This document shows positions 1-8,967 of a stretch of DNA of 64,000 bases, one piece after another; positions within the stretch are counted from its first letter, which is position 1, and each line of letters begins with the position of its first letter. Origin of the DNA: a virus (taxonomy: Duplodnaviria; Caudoviricetes); the IMG/VR virus record IMGVR_UViG_3300042887_004553, positions 36-64,035 of that record; one strand, 5' to 3'. Under the pieces are notes generated by a model that saw nothing but the letters and a program-made list of their open reading frames with translations, was not told where the DNA came from and made no database searches. The position numbers and the translations under genes were made by a program.

Positions 1-1
1 A

Positions 2-640
2 GACGATTATTTACAACAGAAATTCAAGCTGCCAAATTACAGTAAAGAAAACTTGGATCGAGTGATACCCGTTGAAGTTAAACAATTGGCTCCTGGGATC
101 GGCGGTCAAGCTAGAGCCACAATGACTATCACAAACACGCCATTTGGTCAGAAAAAATCCGTTAAACATAATATATTTTTAAATGCCAACGAACCATATA
201 AAAAATCGGGTATCGCTGAACTTGAGGGAGGTCCAGTGAGTTATAAAAGGGAAGATGGATTAGCGTATGATGTCAATAAACATGAAGCAACCCATACTGC
301 ACAAGACTTTGGCACCAGCAATTTAAGGAAAAGTAAACTAACAGGAGGTGATTTACAATATGAATTCGCTCCAGTTTTAGCTGAATTGAAAGGATGGTAT
401 TATCTTGAAACTGGAATAGCGTTAGGGTATGATGCTGATTATATAGCGTTGGGATCCAAAGAAGCAGACGAACAATGGGAAAAATTTATGAATTATTGCA
501 GACAACGTAATGCTTTTAATGAATTGGGATATGGTTCAGAAATTGATTTCGAAAAACTTTTAAATGAACCAGAGGGCAGGGCAGCAATGAGAAGAATAGC
601 CAAGACAGCTCCGATAAAATCAAACACAATGGCCGCCTAA
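2..640 (+). CDS. N-terminally truncated hypothetical protein with HExxH motif (possible zincin-like metallopeptidase)
   Basis: Frame is open from the window start (DDYLQQKF...); contains KHEATHTAQ. Confidence 0.6.
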   Translation, partial: DDYLQQKFKLPNYSKENLDRVIPVEVKQLAPGIGGQARATMTITNTPFGQKKSVKHNIFLNANEPYKKSGIAELEGGPVSYKREDGLAYDVNKHEATHTAQDFGTSNLRKSKLTGGDLQYEFAPVLAELKGWYYLETGIALGYDADYIALGSKEADEQWEKFMNYCRQRNAFNELGYGSEIDFEKLLNEPEGRAAMRRIAKTAPIKSNTMAA

Positions 641-650
641 ATAAGATCAA

Positions 651-1100
651 ATGATAAATGATCAAGAAGATTTGGGGCATTGGGTAAGAGTGGAAAACAT
701 AGAAACTTTTGGTGATGAATCTAAAGAGTATTTTGGATTCGTTTATAGAATTACATTACCAAGTGGTTATTGGTACATTGGATCAAAGCAATTGCAATCT
801 AAAAGGAAATTAAAACCATTAAAGGGTAATGTAAATGCAAGAAGAAAAGTGGTTGAAAGCGATTGGAAAGATTACACTTCATCTTCTAATTTAATAAATG
901 ATTATATTTCTAAAAAAAGCAAGATTGGGATGTTGTTTGAAATCATCACATTAACTAAGGGTGGGAAGTTTGAATTGAAATATTGTGAAATGAAACATCA
1001 AGTTTTAAACAATTGTTTATTTGATGAAAAATGTTTAAATGGAATTATTAATGTTAGATTAGGAAAAAATAAAAAAATATCGCTTGACAAAATACTGTAG
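651..1100 (+). CDS. GIY-YIG endonuclease (T4 endonuclease II-like)
   Basis: FGFVYRIT...YWYIGSKQ and DWKDYTSSS motifs; TAAATA 7 nt upstream of ATG. Confidence 0.8.
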   Translation: MINDQEDLGHWVRVENIETFGDESKEYFGFVYRITLPSGYWYIGSKQLQSKRKLKPLKGNVNARRKVVESDWKDYTSSSNLINDYISKKSKIGMLFEIITLTKGGKFELKYCEMKHQVLNNCLFDEKCLNGIINVRLGKNKKISLDKIL

Positions 1101-1112
1101 TATAGTTATAAT
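1084..1112 (+). promoter_or_regulatory. Perfect sigma70 consensus promoter
   Basis: TTGACA(1084-1089)-N17-TATAAT(1107-1112). Confidence 0.85.
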
Positions 1113-1156
1113 TACTCTGTGTTCCACATTAAATACAATTTATATTTAAATAAACT

Positions 1157-1609
1157 ATGATTTATTATATTATAAAATATAATATTCTATATAATAATAT
1201 ATTACATGATATAATAAAATTCTGCAATAAATTTGAAATAGACTTTAATACACAGAGTATTAAAAATAAAAAACAATTAATAATTTATTATTCTATATTG
1301 CAATTATTAATAGAATTAAAAAATAATAATTTAGATAAACCAATTATAATATTTGAGAAAACTATAAAAGATTATACAATAGAATCTTGTTTAAGTAAAA
1401 TATCTAAAATACTAATTATTCCAATTTATTATTGTGAAAAATATGATAATTCAGAAGGTATGAATAAAGAAATTTCAATGAAAGCTGATATTTTTTATGA
1501 AAAAAACACATTTAACTCGAAGAAATTGAAAAAATTATTAATGGGTAATAATTTTAATGCCTTATCTGAAAAAATTACAGATTTTAAACTTTTGGTAAAT
1601 CGTCAGTAG
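1157..1609 (+). CDS. Hypothetical protein (very AT-rich)
   Basis: 150-aa ORF downstream of sigma70 promoter; TAAATA 4 nt upstream. Confidence 0.7.
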   Translation: MIYYIIKYNILYNNILHDIIKFCNKFEIDFNTQSIKNKKQLIIYYSILQLLIELKNNNLDKPIIIFEKTIKDYTIESCLSKISKILIIPIYYCEKYDNSEGMNKEISMKADIFYEKNTFNSKKLKKLLMGNNFNALSEKITDFKLLVNRQ

Positions 1610-1925
1610 ATGGAGCGTATTTTTCAATAATTGGAATTATTTTCTTCAACACTTCTCCTGCATTATTTTCGTTAATTTCACCAATATCTGCTAACATGGA
1701 TTGTTCTCTTACTTCCAAGGTGTCTATCATTAATGCTTTTGGTAATAACCTAACTAAAAACACAAAATTCTCTGGTGAAAGTGGTTTTTTGGCATCTGGA
1801 ATCTCTGGAATAGGTGTAGGTGCCGCTTGATCTGGAGCGGGTGGTTGCTCAGGAATAGGAGGTTGTTCCTGTTCAGTTATAATCTCTCTATATGCTCTGT
1901 TTAATAAGTTGTGAAATCTGCTCAT
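1584..1925 (-). CDS. Hypothetical protein with capsid-targeting-like leader and Pro-rich linker
   Basis: MSRFHNLLNRAYREIITE-Q leader. Confidence 0.75.
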   Translation of the reverse strand: MSRFHNLLNRAYREIITEQEQPPIPEQPPAPDQAAPTPIPEIPDAKKPLSPENFVFLVRLLPKALMIDTLEVREQSMLADIGEINENNAGEVLKKIIPIIEKYAPSTDDLPKV

Positions 1926-2614
1926 TTGTTTTTTATTATTTCTAAATTGAATCTTGCTCTTTTAATTACAGCTTCATTTACAGCTTTACATTCTCCACTC
2001 AACATGCTTGTAATCTGCCCAACTAAATTCATTCCATTAGAAAGATCAGACATATCATGCCCCATTTCTTTGTCGTATAAATCATAGTCTATTACGTCTT
2101 TGACTGATGAAACAAAATCAGAAGCTTTTACTAATTTACTCAACATCCATGCTTCCATCTTTGGAGATGAATCTAAAATTTGCATTAATTCGTCTGCACA
2201 TTTTAAAATTTTATATACTTCGGATTTCGCCATTTCTAGATTGGAATTATCATATACATCGTATCCCTCTTCACCACATGAACAATCACTCATTCCACAC
2301 CCACAAGTACTTTCTTCATCAGCCTGTTCAGCACCACATTGACCATCTGCACATTTAGAACACGACGAGGCTCTATTCATATCGGCAGCATTTGCATTTT
2401 GTGCCATGTCTTCAGCACTTTGTCTAGGAGCAGCAGCTGTAAATGTTATCTGACTAGGATCATCTGCATTATTGATAATTACACTTTGTCCTTCATCCTC
2501 GTTTTCATCTCTATAAAGTGAATTTTGAGCAGAAGAAGGAATACCTGCATTCATCTCATTTAAAATTTGTTCGTATGCTTTGGAAATATCCAATAGACTG
2601 TTTTTTCTACCCAT
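1922..2614 (-). CDS. Hypothetical acidic, Cys-containing protein, putative head-internal (start moved to MGRKN)
   Basis: TAAATA 5 nt upstream of ATG at 2614; leader ends YEQILNE; motifs CSKCADGQC and CGCGMSDCSCG. Confidence 0.75.
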   Translation of the reverse strand: MGRKNSLLDISKAYEQILNEMNAGIPSSAQNSLYRDENEDEGQSVIINNADDPSQITFTAAAPRQSAEDMAQNANAADMNRASSCSKCADGQCGAEQADEESTCGCGMSDCSCGEEGYDVYDNSNLEMAKSEVYKILKCADELMQILDSSPKMEAWMLSKLVKASDFVSSVKDVIDYDLYDKEMGHDMSDLSNGMNLVGQITSMLSGECKAVNEAVIKRARFNLEIIKNK

Positions 2615-2619
2615 GTTAT

Positions 2620-2640
2620 TATTTATGATTAAGCTAAATA
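2620..2640. promoter_or_regulatory. Back-to-back divergent T4-type late promoters
   Basis: TAAATA on minus (2620-2625) and on plus (2635-2640), each 5 nt from an ATG. Confidence 0.7.
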
Positions 2641-2645
2641 ATAAT

Positions 2646-2924
2646 ATGCAAAATTTCGATAAACTGGTTAATTTAATTTTAGAGGGAGCACGTTGCACAG
2701 GGCCTACCAAAAAAGCATCATCTACAGCAAAGGGTAAAAAATGGATGCAATGTGTTAAAAATCCTAAAGGGAAGGGTTATAAAAGAGTTCATTTTGGACA
2801 AAAAGGAGTCAAAGCCACTGGAAAAAGCGGAAATACTAAACGTAAAAAATCATTTCGCGCCAGACATGGTTGCTCTTCTGCAAAACCAGGTACTGCAAAA
2901 TATTTAAGTTGCAAGAATTGGTGA
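2646..2924 (+). CDS. Small basic Cys-containing protein with capsid-targeting-like leader (start moved to MQNFD)
   Basis: MQNFDKLVNLILE-G leader; C-terminus RKKSFRARHGC...YLSCKNW. Confidence 0.8.
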   Translation: MQNFDKLVNLILEGARCTGPTKKASSTAKGKKWMQCVKNPKGKGYKRVHFGQKGVKATGKSGNTKRKKSFRARHGCSSAKPGTAKYLSCKNW

Positions 2925-2935
2925 TATATTAAACA

Positions 2936-3346
2936 ATGAAATTTATAAAATTATACAACTTAATCATGGAAAATGTTTTGGGTATTGTGGAGGATATATA
3001 CATAGAAGGCATAGGTACAATTAAAGCCAAAACGGACACTGGAAATACAGCACACAATGTTTTACACGGTATAATATTAGGTAAAGATAATAATATGGTT
3101 AAATTTGAAACCGTTGATGGTAAAGTAATATCATTACCATATGAAGAAGAAATAAAAATACACATTGGTTCTGGTAATAAAGAAGATAGGCCAGTTGTTA
3201 GGTTTAATGTATCAATTAATGGTAAATCCCATGAAGGTGTTCCTTTTTCAATAGCTGACAGAAGTGAAAATGAACATAAGGTATTATTAGGTGAGGATTT
3301 CATTAAAAACAATGGTGGAATCATTAATGTCAACAAAGAAGATTAA
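2936..3346 (+). CDS. Retropepsin-like (RimK-associated, DTG-type) aspartic protease
   Basis: KAKTDTGN, RPVV, SIADRSE and VLLGEDFI motifs typical of RimK-linked proteases. Confidence 0.8.
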   Translation: MKFIKLYNLIMENVLGIVEDIYIEGIGTIKAKTDTGNTAHNVLHGIILGKDNNMVKFETVDGKVISLPYEEEIKIHIGSGNKEDRPVVRFNVSINGKSHEGVPFSIADRSENEHKVLLGEDFIKNNGGIINVNKED

Positions 3347-3364
3347 AAAAAGATAAATAATATT

Positions 3365-3838
3365 GTGAAATTCATAGGTCTATTGGAAAAAGCAGTGCAG
3401 TCTACAAAACTTCAAAAAGTACGTATCAAGGTCGATCCTGTATGGTCTGAGAAGTTGGGTATAATGAATTCACCACATTATGAAGGATATATACTGCAAG
3501 AATGTCCAGGAAGCAAAATGGACTTCAAAGTTTTTATTATCAACACTCCATCGGGAATTGATCCTATACAAACCGTCTCTAAAGCTCATATTGAGCCTAT
3601 GGATGTCGAGACTCCACAAGAAGCTGAAAAAACAACTAAGTTTAATGGGTCGAGACTTTCGACGTTTAAGAAACACCTCGTAGCTAAATTACAAGAATTG
3701 GGTAAAGATATTGAATCGGCTGATGTCCAGCAAGTGATATCATCTAATGAAATTTCTTTTATTGAAACATATCTTAAACAAATGGGTTTAAATGATGAAG
3801 ATATTTTAAATCTTTATAGGAAAACACTTCAGAAGTAA
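3365..3838 (+). CDS. Hypothetical protein
   Basis: GTG start 5 nt after TAAATA; leader MKFIGLLE. Confidence 0.75.
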   Translation: MKFIGLLEKAVQSTKLQKVRIKVDPVWSEKLGIMNSPHYEGYILQECPGSKMDFKVFIINTPSGIDPIQTVSKAHIEPMDVETPQEAEKTTKFNGSRLSTFKKHLVAKLQELGKDIESADVQQVISSNEISFIETYLKQMGLNDEDILNLYRKTLQK

Positions 3839-3853
3839 TAAATAATTCTAATT

Positions 3854-4531
3854 ATGCCATTCAAAAAAACAACATCAAAAAAAACTGCAACAGACGATAA
3901 AAAAGGGAAAAAGACTGATGCATCTGATAAATCCGCTAAAAAGAAAGGTGGTAAAAAACCTTTACCATTTTTCTTAAAAAAGAAATTTGAGGACAAGTCT
4001 AAAAAGGCTAAAGTGGAAAAGAAGCCAGTTGCTAAGAAAAAGAAGAAATCAGTTGTTAAAGAATCTTTTGATGGTTTCATCAAGCACTTGCTCAAGGAAT
4101 CTTTCGGTTTGCTTAAAAAAAAAGTAGTTGAAGAAAAAAATAAAGACGCGGATATAGAAACATCCGATTTATCTTTAGTTGAAAACCCTAAGATCAATAA
4201 AAAAGATAGAATTAAAATAACCAACCATATTCACGGTAGTAAAATGCTTGGTGGTAACTTAAAGGTAGATAGCATAAGTAAAGGACTTCACGAGGTTGGT
4301 AATATACTAGATTCGTGCGGATACAATTTGGAAATGGTCACTGGTGATATGATCATGGGAGAAAAGGGCAGTATTTTACTGAAATTCAGTAGAAAAACAG
4401 ATAATCCCTTCATTGAAGGTGTGGAAATTGAAAATTCCAGAATTAGTTTTTCTTGGGAGAATATTGAATCACCAGATAAAGATGGTTTCCAATCTAAGAA
4501 AAAATACGAAATCCTTGCTTATTTGACTTGA
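3854..4531 (+). CDS. Hypothetical protein with Lys-rich N-terminus
   Basis: 29 Lys in the first 70 aa, followed by VVKE-S and LLKE-S. Confidence 0.8.
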   Translation: MPFKKTTSKKTATDDKKGKKTDASDKSAKKKGGKKPLPFFLKKKFEDKSKKAKVEKKPVAKKKKKSVVKESFDGFIKHLLKESFGLLKKKVVEEKNKDADIETSDLSLVENPKINKKDRIKITNHIHGSKMLGGNLKVDSISKGLHEVGNILDSCGYNLEMVTGDMIMGEKGSILLKFSRKTDNPFIEGVEIENSRISFSWENIESPDKDGFQSKKKYEILAYLT

Positions 4532-4567
4532 TAGTTGATTAATTTCATTATTGTTCTAAATTAATTC

Positions 4568-4825
4568 ATGGACAATAATAAATTCAAAAAAGATCTAGAG
4601 AAACTCTTAAAGAAAAACGAGGATTCCGTATTAGCAAGTTACATTGCAAAGTGTTTAAAGGATTACGGTGCTCAAAGTGTGGAACAAGTGGCTCCAGTTG
4701 ATGTTATTTTACAAACACCAGACTTGAGTGTTCAACCACAAAAGTCAAACGCAGCACCCATTGGCAATAACCCCACGACAAGTGGATGGTCTAATCCGTT
4801 TGGCGGCACTAGTTGGGGAGCTTAG
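4568..4825 (+). CDS. Hypothetical protein
   Basis: 85-aa ORF in gene-dense context. Confidence 0.65.
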   Translation: MDNNKFKKDLEKLLKKNEDSVLASYIAKCLKDYGAQSVEQVAPVDVILQTPDLSVQPQKSNAAPIGNNPTTSGWSNPFGGTSWGA

Positions 4826-4826
4826 T

Positions 4827-5243
4827 TTAACGTAGAACTTTATTTGGATCTACTTTGCCTTGAGCGGCCACACTAGCACGACCGACTTTTCTTTTGTTAT
4901 ATTCGCAAATTTCCCTAGCTCTGGGGTCTGCGATTAAGTGGCAATTCTGGTACTCCTCATTATCTTCTTGTTCTGGATAAGCGGCGTTTTGTGCTTTTTG
5001 AGCGGCTCTCATTTCTTCGGCAAACTTGGGATCACCAGCATTTATGCTTTTTACGGGTCCACCCTTCCATTTAGCTGCAACTTCGGGGTCGCTTAATAAA
5101 TTGTTCAAACCTTTTTTAAATTCTTCATCGAGATCTGAAATAGCGATTGCGCTTAACAATGCCTTAACCCTATCATCGACTTGTTCTTTTAAAACGCTGC
5201 GGTATTGTTCAAAAATGCAATGGGTGTCTTTTTTTCCTATCAT
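4827..5243 (-). CDS. Hypothetical protein with capsid-targeting-like leader
   Basis: DTHCIFEQYRSVLKE-Q leader; TAAATA 8 nt upstream. Confidence 0.75.
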   Translation of the reverse strand: MIGKKDTHCIFEQYRSVLKEQVDDRVKALLSAIAISDLDEEFKKGLNNLLSDPEVAAKWKGGPVKSINAGDPKFAEEMRAAQKAQNAAYPEQEDNEEYQNCHLIADPRAREICEYNKRKVGRASVAAQGKVDPNKVLR

Positions 5244-5288
5244 ATGTTATATATTTATTTAGTTATATGATCGACTAAATAATAATAA

Positions 5289-6080
5289 ATGAGTAAATTT
5301 GATAATTTTTGCAATTTAATTTTAGAAGCATACGGTAAAAGAATGGACATATCTCCCGCTGACGGTAGACCTGGTCCAGATAGATACAATAATCCAGGCG
5401 GTGCATACCCTTCTCAGAAATTTGAAAAATATGGAATGGAAGGACATGGTATCCTTAAAGATCCGAAAACTGGTTCAACGCACCCAATAGGTAGATATCC
5501 AACTTTAGCTAACGGTATCGCTGCTAATATGGCTCATTTGAAATCCATGCCAGTAATAGGAAAAACCGTAGCTCAAGCGAGATATTACTGGGTAAACGGT
5601 AGATGGGGTGGTACCATGTCATTAATTGGAATGGATAACAACCAAGTAATAACTGCTGAATTATTAAATGATCCCAATTGGTTATCTCAATGGATGAGAG
5701 CTACAGCCTCCGCCGAGGGTTTCGGTAATAAAGGAAGGCGAATAGACGATGCATCAATGCAGGAAGGACTTGCCATGTTAAAAAGCGGAGGAGACATTAA
5801 TCCAAATAAATCATACGCATCTGCTGACAAACAACCCCAACAGACAACACAAGCAAGTGGTAAACAACCCCAACAAACGACACCAGCAAGTGGCGAACAA
5901 TCTCAACAAACAGCAGAAACGACACCAGTATACGACGATGACCCTGACACCAACAAATTAATGGCTGATATAGCTAATATTTACTCAAAAGGCATTACAG
6001 CTGACTCTGCAAAGGAAGCACTTAAGGTCGCCGCTGGAGCGGGTCAAGATATTTTCAAAAAATACTCAAAGGATGCTTAA
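5289..6080 (+). CDS. Putative lysozyme-fold virion protein (NNPG-type) with Gln-rich repeats
   Basis: YNNPGG...YPTLANGIAA...TVAQ...ATASAEG pattern; three KQPQQTT-like repeats; leader FCNLILE-A. Confidence 0.55.
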   Translation: MSKFDNFCNLILEAYGKRMDISPADGRPGPDRYNNPGGAYPSQKFEKYGMEGHGILKDPKTGSTHPIGRYPTLANGIAANMAHLKSMPVIGKTVAQARYYWVNGRWGGTMSLIGMDNNQVITAELLNDPNWLSQWMRATASAEGFGNKGRRIDDASMQEGLAMLKSGGDINPNKSYASADKQPQQTTQASGKQPQQTTPASGEQSQQTAETTPVYDDDPDTNKLMADIANIYSKGITADSAKEALKVAAGAGQDIFKKYSKDA

Positions 6081-6110
6081 ATGCTAAATAGTTTGATTAA
6101 ATAATAATAT

Positions 6111-6857
6111 ATGAGAGACAGAGATTCACAATTAATTTTTGAAAGTTATAAAAATAGGGTTTTTTTAGAAGCGGATGAAAAAAAGTGGGAAGATGATAGT
6201 TCTGCATGGTTTTGGTTCAAGATACTCGACCCAACAGGTATTAGTTCTTATCCTGATTTGTATGACGCTATTGTTGAATTGAAAAAAAGACCCGAAGACG
6301 TTGGTCCTTGGGCGATGTTGATTTTGAATATATTCTTGGCTTTGCCAAACTTTGGACTTTTGGCCCTTGGGGTTGGGGGAATTGGTTGGGCTGGCTTGAA
6401 GGGCTTGGCTAAAGCAGCCGTAAAAGCAGGAGACAAAGAAGCTCTTAAAGTAGCGGAAAAAGTTTTACAAATAGCCAAAAACGATGCACGTATTGAGAGA
6501 CTTATGCTTAAATTTGGTGAAACGTTGGCAAAAAAAGGTTTAGCTGATAAATCCACGGTTGATTTATATATGAATATCGTAAAAACTGGAAATTTTTCAA
6601 AAATCGGATCTAAAATCACTGGAGGAGTAAAGGGGGAAGTTGTAAAAGACATAGGTAGAGGTGGGAGAGAAACATACGGTGCTATTGATAATGCACTTAA
6701 AGGAGAGGGTGAATCTAAACCCCCACAGGCCGCGTCACCTATGCCTACACCGAGCTTTAGTATGAAACCCCCTACCAGGTCTGAATCATCACCAAGTCGT
6801 AAAAAAACCAATCCCGCTAGACAACCAAGTTCAGGATTTGAGATGCTTGATTTATAA
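6111..6857 (+). CDS. Hypothetical protein with DPTG motif and hydrophobic hairpin
   Basis: ILDPTGISSYPDLYDA followed by a hydrophobic segment; paralogous to 56404-57555. Confidence 0.75.
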   Translation: MRDRDSQLIFESYKNRVFLEADEKKWEDDSSAWFWFKILDPTGISSYPDLYDAIVELKKRPEDVGPWAMLILNIFLALPNFGLLALGVGGIGWAGLKGLAKAAVKAGDKEALKVAEKVLQIAKNDARIERLMLKFGETLAKKGLADKSTVDLYMNIVKTGNFSKIGSKITGGVKGEVVKDIGRGGRETYGAIDNALKGEGESKPPQAASPMPTPSFSMKPPTRSESSPSRKKTNPARQPSSGFEMLDL

Positions 6858-6865
6858 ATAAAAAT

Positions 6866-7951
6866 ATGAATAATAGATTTTTAAAAGAAGATGAGTACGG
6901 CGTATATCAACAGCAAGTAGATATTGCAGCTGTTTTTGAAAGAATTAAAGAATTCAATTCTTTAGCAAATAGCGATAAATTAGCCGATGATGATGCTACC
7001 ATAGAATATGCTCATAACTTAATTGAAAAATACAGAGAGTATAATACAGAAGAAGCTAAAAAATACACGGTAGAAAAACAAATACCAGTCAGAGATATTT
7101 TAACTTCATTTGCAACTTCTCTAAAGCAAGTTTTCCCAGAAAAATACGATTCTGAATTTAATCCTATTTTTTCTAAGGTTCAAATTTCTCCAAAGGCATC
7201 AGGAAAGCCATCTGATTCAGCAGCTGAACCACCCACCCCGACAAGTCCAGATGAAGATGGCTTGCAATATGATGAAGATAAGCCCGAAGAAGCAGATCAA
7301 AGAGATTCTGAACGTGAATTTGACTATGATGAAGATAAGCCTGATGGAGCGGATCAGTCCAAGAACGGCGAAGCTGAAACACCATCGGATAAAACATATC
7401 ATCCAGATTCTATTATAGATTATTTGGACAGTAAAGGACAGCCCAGTGATTTTGAATCACGTAAAACACTAGCTCAAAAAATGAGAATCTCTGATTATAG
7501 AGGAACCGCTTCTCAGAATTTGTCACTGTTGAGTGCATTAAAAGGCGGAAAAACAGAAGTTCCCATCAAACAAGCGGAAATTATGGGAAAAGTAGAGACA
7601 TCTCCTCAAATTAACTTCGCTGGATCGAAACAGAATGCATACATCGATATGGGTGGGGGTAGATATGCACCAGCATCTGAAGATGAATTAGGTGATCCAA
7701 AAGTTCAACTATATATCAAGAATCCCAAAAAAGGGCAGGGGGAATATATGAAACCGAATTATATTAAAGTCAGAAGAGAGGGTTCTGATTTAAGACCACA
7801 ATCTAAATTCGGTGGAGTGTTGGGTTCCGCATCTAATTTCTTGGGAGATATAGGAAATACTCTTTCTGGAAAAACACGCTCAAATAGAGAAGAAGCTGGA
7901 AATGGTGAATATACAAAAAATCGAGACGGCACATATACACGTAACATGTAA
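6866..7951 (+). CDS. Hypothetical virion-type protein with DUF3597-like (endolysin cell-wall-binding-like) module
   Basis: SIIDYLDSKGQPSDFESRKTLAQKMRISDYRGTASQNLSLLSALK; TATAAATA 5 nt upstream. Confidence 0.7.
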   Translation: MNNRFLKEDEYGVYQQQVDIAAVFERIKEFNSLANSDKLADDDATIEYAHNLIEKYREYNTEEAKKYTVEKQIPVRDILTSFATSLKQVFPEKYDSEFNPIFSKVQISPKASGKPSDSAAEPPTPTSPDEDGLQYDEDKPEEADQRDSEREFDYDEDKPDGADQSKNGEAETPSDKTYHPDSIIDYLDSKGQPSDFESRKTLAQKMRISDYRGTASQNLSLLSALKGGKTEVPIKQAEIMGKVETSPQINFAGSKQNAYIDMGGGRYAPASEDELGDPKVQLYIKNPKKGQGEYMKPNYIKVRREGSDLRPQSKFGGVLGSASNFLGDIGNTLSGKTRSNREEAGNGEYTKNRDGTYTRNM

Positions 7952-8001
7952 ATGTAATTAATTGGCACATGATAAACGTTGTGTTTATGTGATTTTTTCT
8001 A

Positions 8002-8029
8002 TTGCATTATTATTTTATCATTGTAAGAT
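8002..8029 (+). promoter_or_regulatory. Sigma70-type promoter, 6 nt before ATG
   Basis: TTGCAT-N16-TAAGAT-N6-ATG. Confidence 0.6.
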
Positions 8030-8035
8030 ATCTTT

Positions 8036-8743
8036 ATGAGGATTGCATTTTCAGGAACAAGTTGCAGTGGTAAGTCTACAACAATTCAACATTTTTTACA
8101 AAAATGGCCCACATATTCTTTGGTTAAAAGTGATTATAGGAAATTGGTAAAGAAGAAGAAACACTCTAAAAATACAACACCTAAACTACAAAAGGAAATA
8201 TTGGATATTTTATGTACTGAATCGGATAAATTCACTGCACATGAAAAGGTAATCTATGATAGATGCCCATTAGATAATTTAGTATATACGATGTGGTGTT
8301 ATGGTAAGGGTATGAAGGGATTTACCGAGAAAGTAATGGAATACACCCTCTACAAGGTTAGGCAATCGATGCAAAACTTTGATGTCATTTTCTTGTGTAC
8401 TAGGGATTTAATGCCTCCAATTCAGAATAATGGTATCCGTGAAATTGATGCTGATTACGTCAATGAAATTGATAACATATTTAAAGCAATTTTAAGCAAA
8501 TATAAAAAAGGTGTTGAAACATTGCCATTTTTTGAAAAGGATAATGCTCCTGCGATTATTGATATTCATGGTGAGCCATTTGAACGAATAGCTCAAATTG
8601 CAATGTATGTTACGGAAGATGGAGATGCATATGGTGAAGATCAGTCTCTCATAGATATCAATGAATTGGCAGAAATGAATAAATTGCTTAGAGAACAGAA
8701 GGAAGCAACCGCTCAAGAAAACAAAAGCATTATTATTACATAA
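8036..8743 (+). CDS. P-loop nucleotide (dNMP/thymidylate-like) kinase
   Basis: RIAFSGTSCSGKST Walker A; IYDRCPLDNLVY motif. Confidence 0.75.
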   Translation: MRIAFSGTSCSGKSTTIQHFLQKWPTYSLVKSDYRKLVKKKKHSKNTTPKLQKEILDILCTESDKFTAHEKVIYDRCPLDNLVYTMWCYGKGMKGFTEKVMEYTLYKVRQSMQNFDVIFLCTRDLMPPIQNNGIREIDADYVNEIDNIFKAILSKYKKGVETLPFFEKDNAPAIIDIHGEPFERIAQIAMYVTEDGDAYGEDQSLIDINELAEMNKLLREQKEATAQENKSIIIT

Positions 8744-8754
8744 ATAATAATATA

Positions 8755-8967
8755 ATGTTTTACAAAAGAGCAAATTCTTTAATTAAAGAAAATTATAAAT
8801 CCATTCCAATAAGGTCTAGGATGTATTATCCTAGAAATTTTGCACTTTCCCCAGAATTCGTCAAGTCTTTTAAAAAAGAAGTTGAGAGACTTAAAGCTGA
8901 AAATGTATCTGAAAGAGATATAATTCGTAAACTGACAAAGGCTTTAAACTTTCACGTTAGGGATTAA
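8755..8967 (+). CDS. Hypothetical protein
   Basis: 70 aa; TAAATA 8 nt upstream; leader NSLIKE-N. Confidence 0.65.
   Translation: MFYKRANSLIKENYKSIPIRSRMYYPRNFALSPEFVKSFKKEVERLKAENVSERDIIRKLTKALNFHVRD

Noticed and set aside
6248-6811. 187-aa antisense ORF (also 2929-3336, 3829-4224, 56561-56986)
   Set aside because: Fully antisense to genes with recognisable motifs, leaders and promoters
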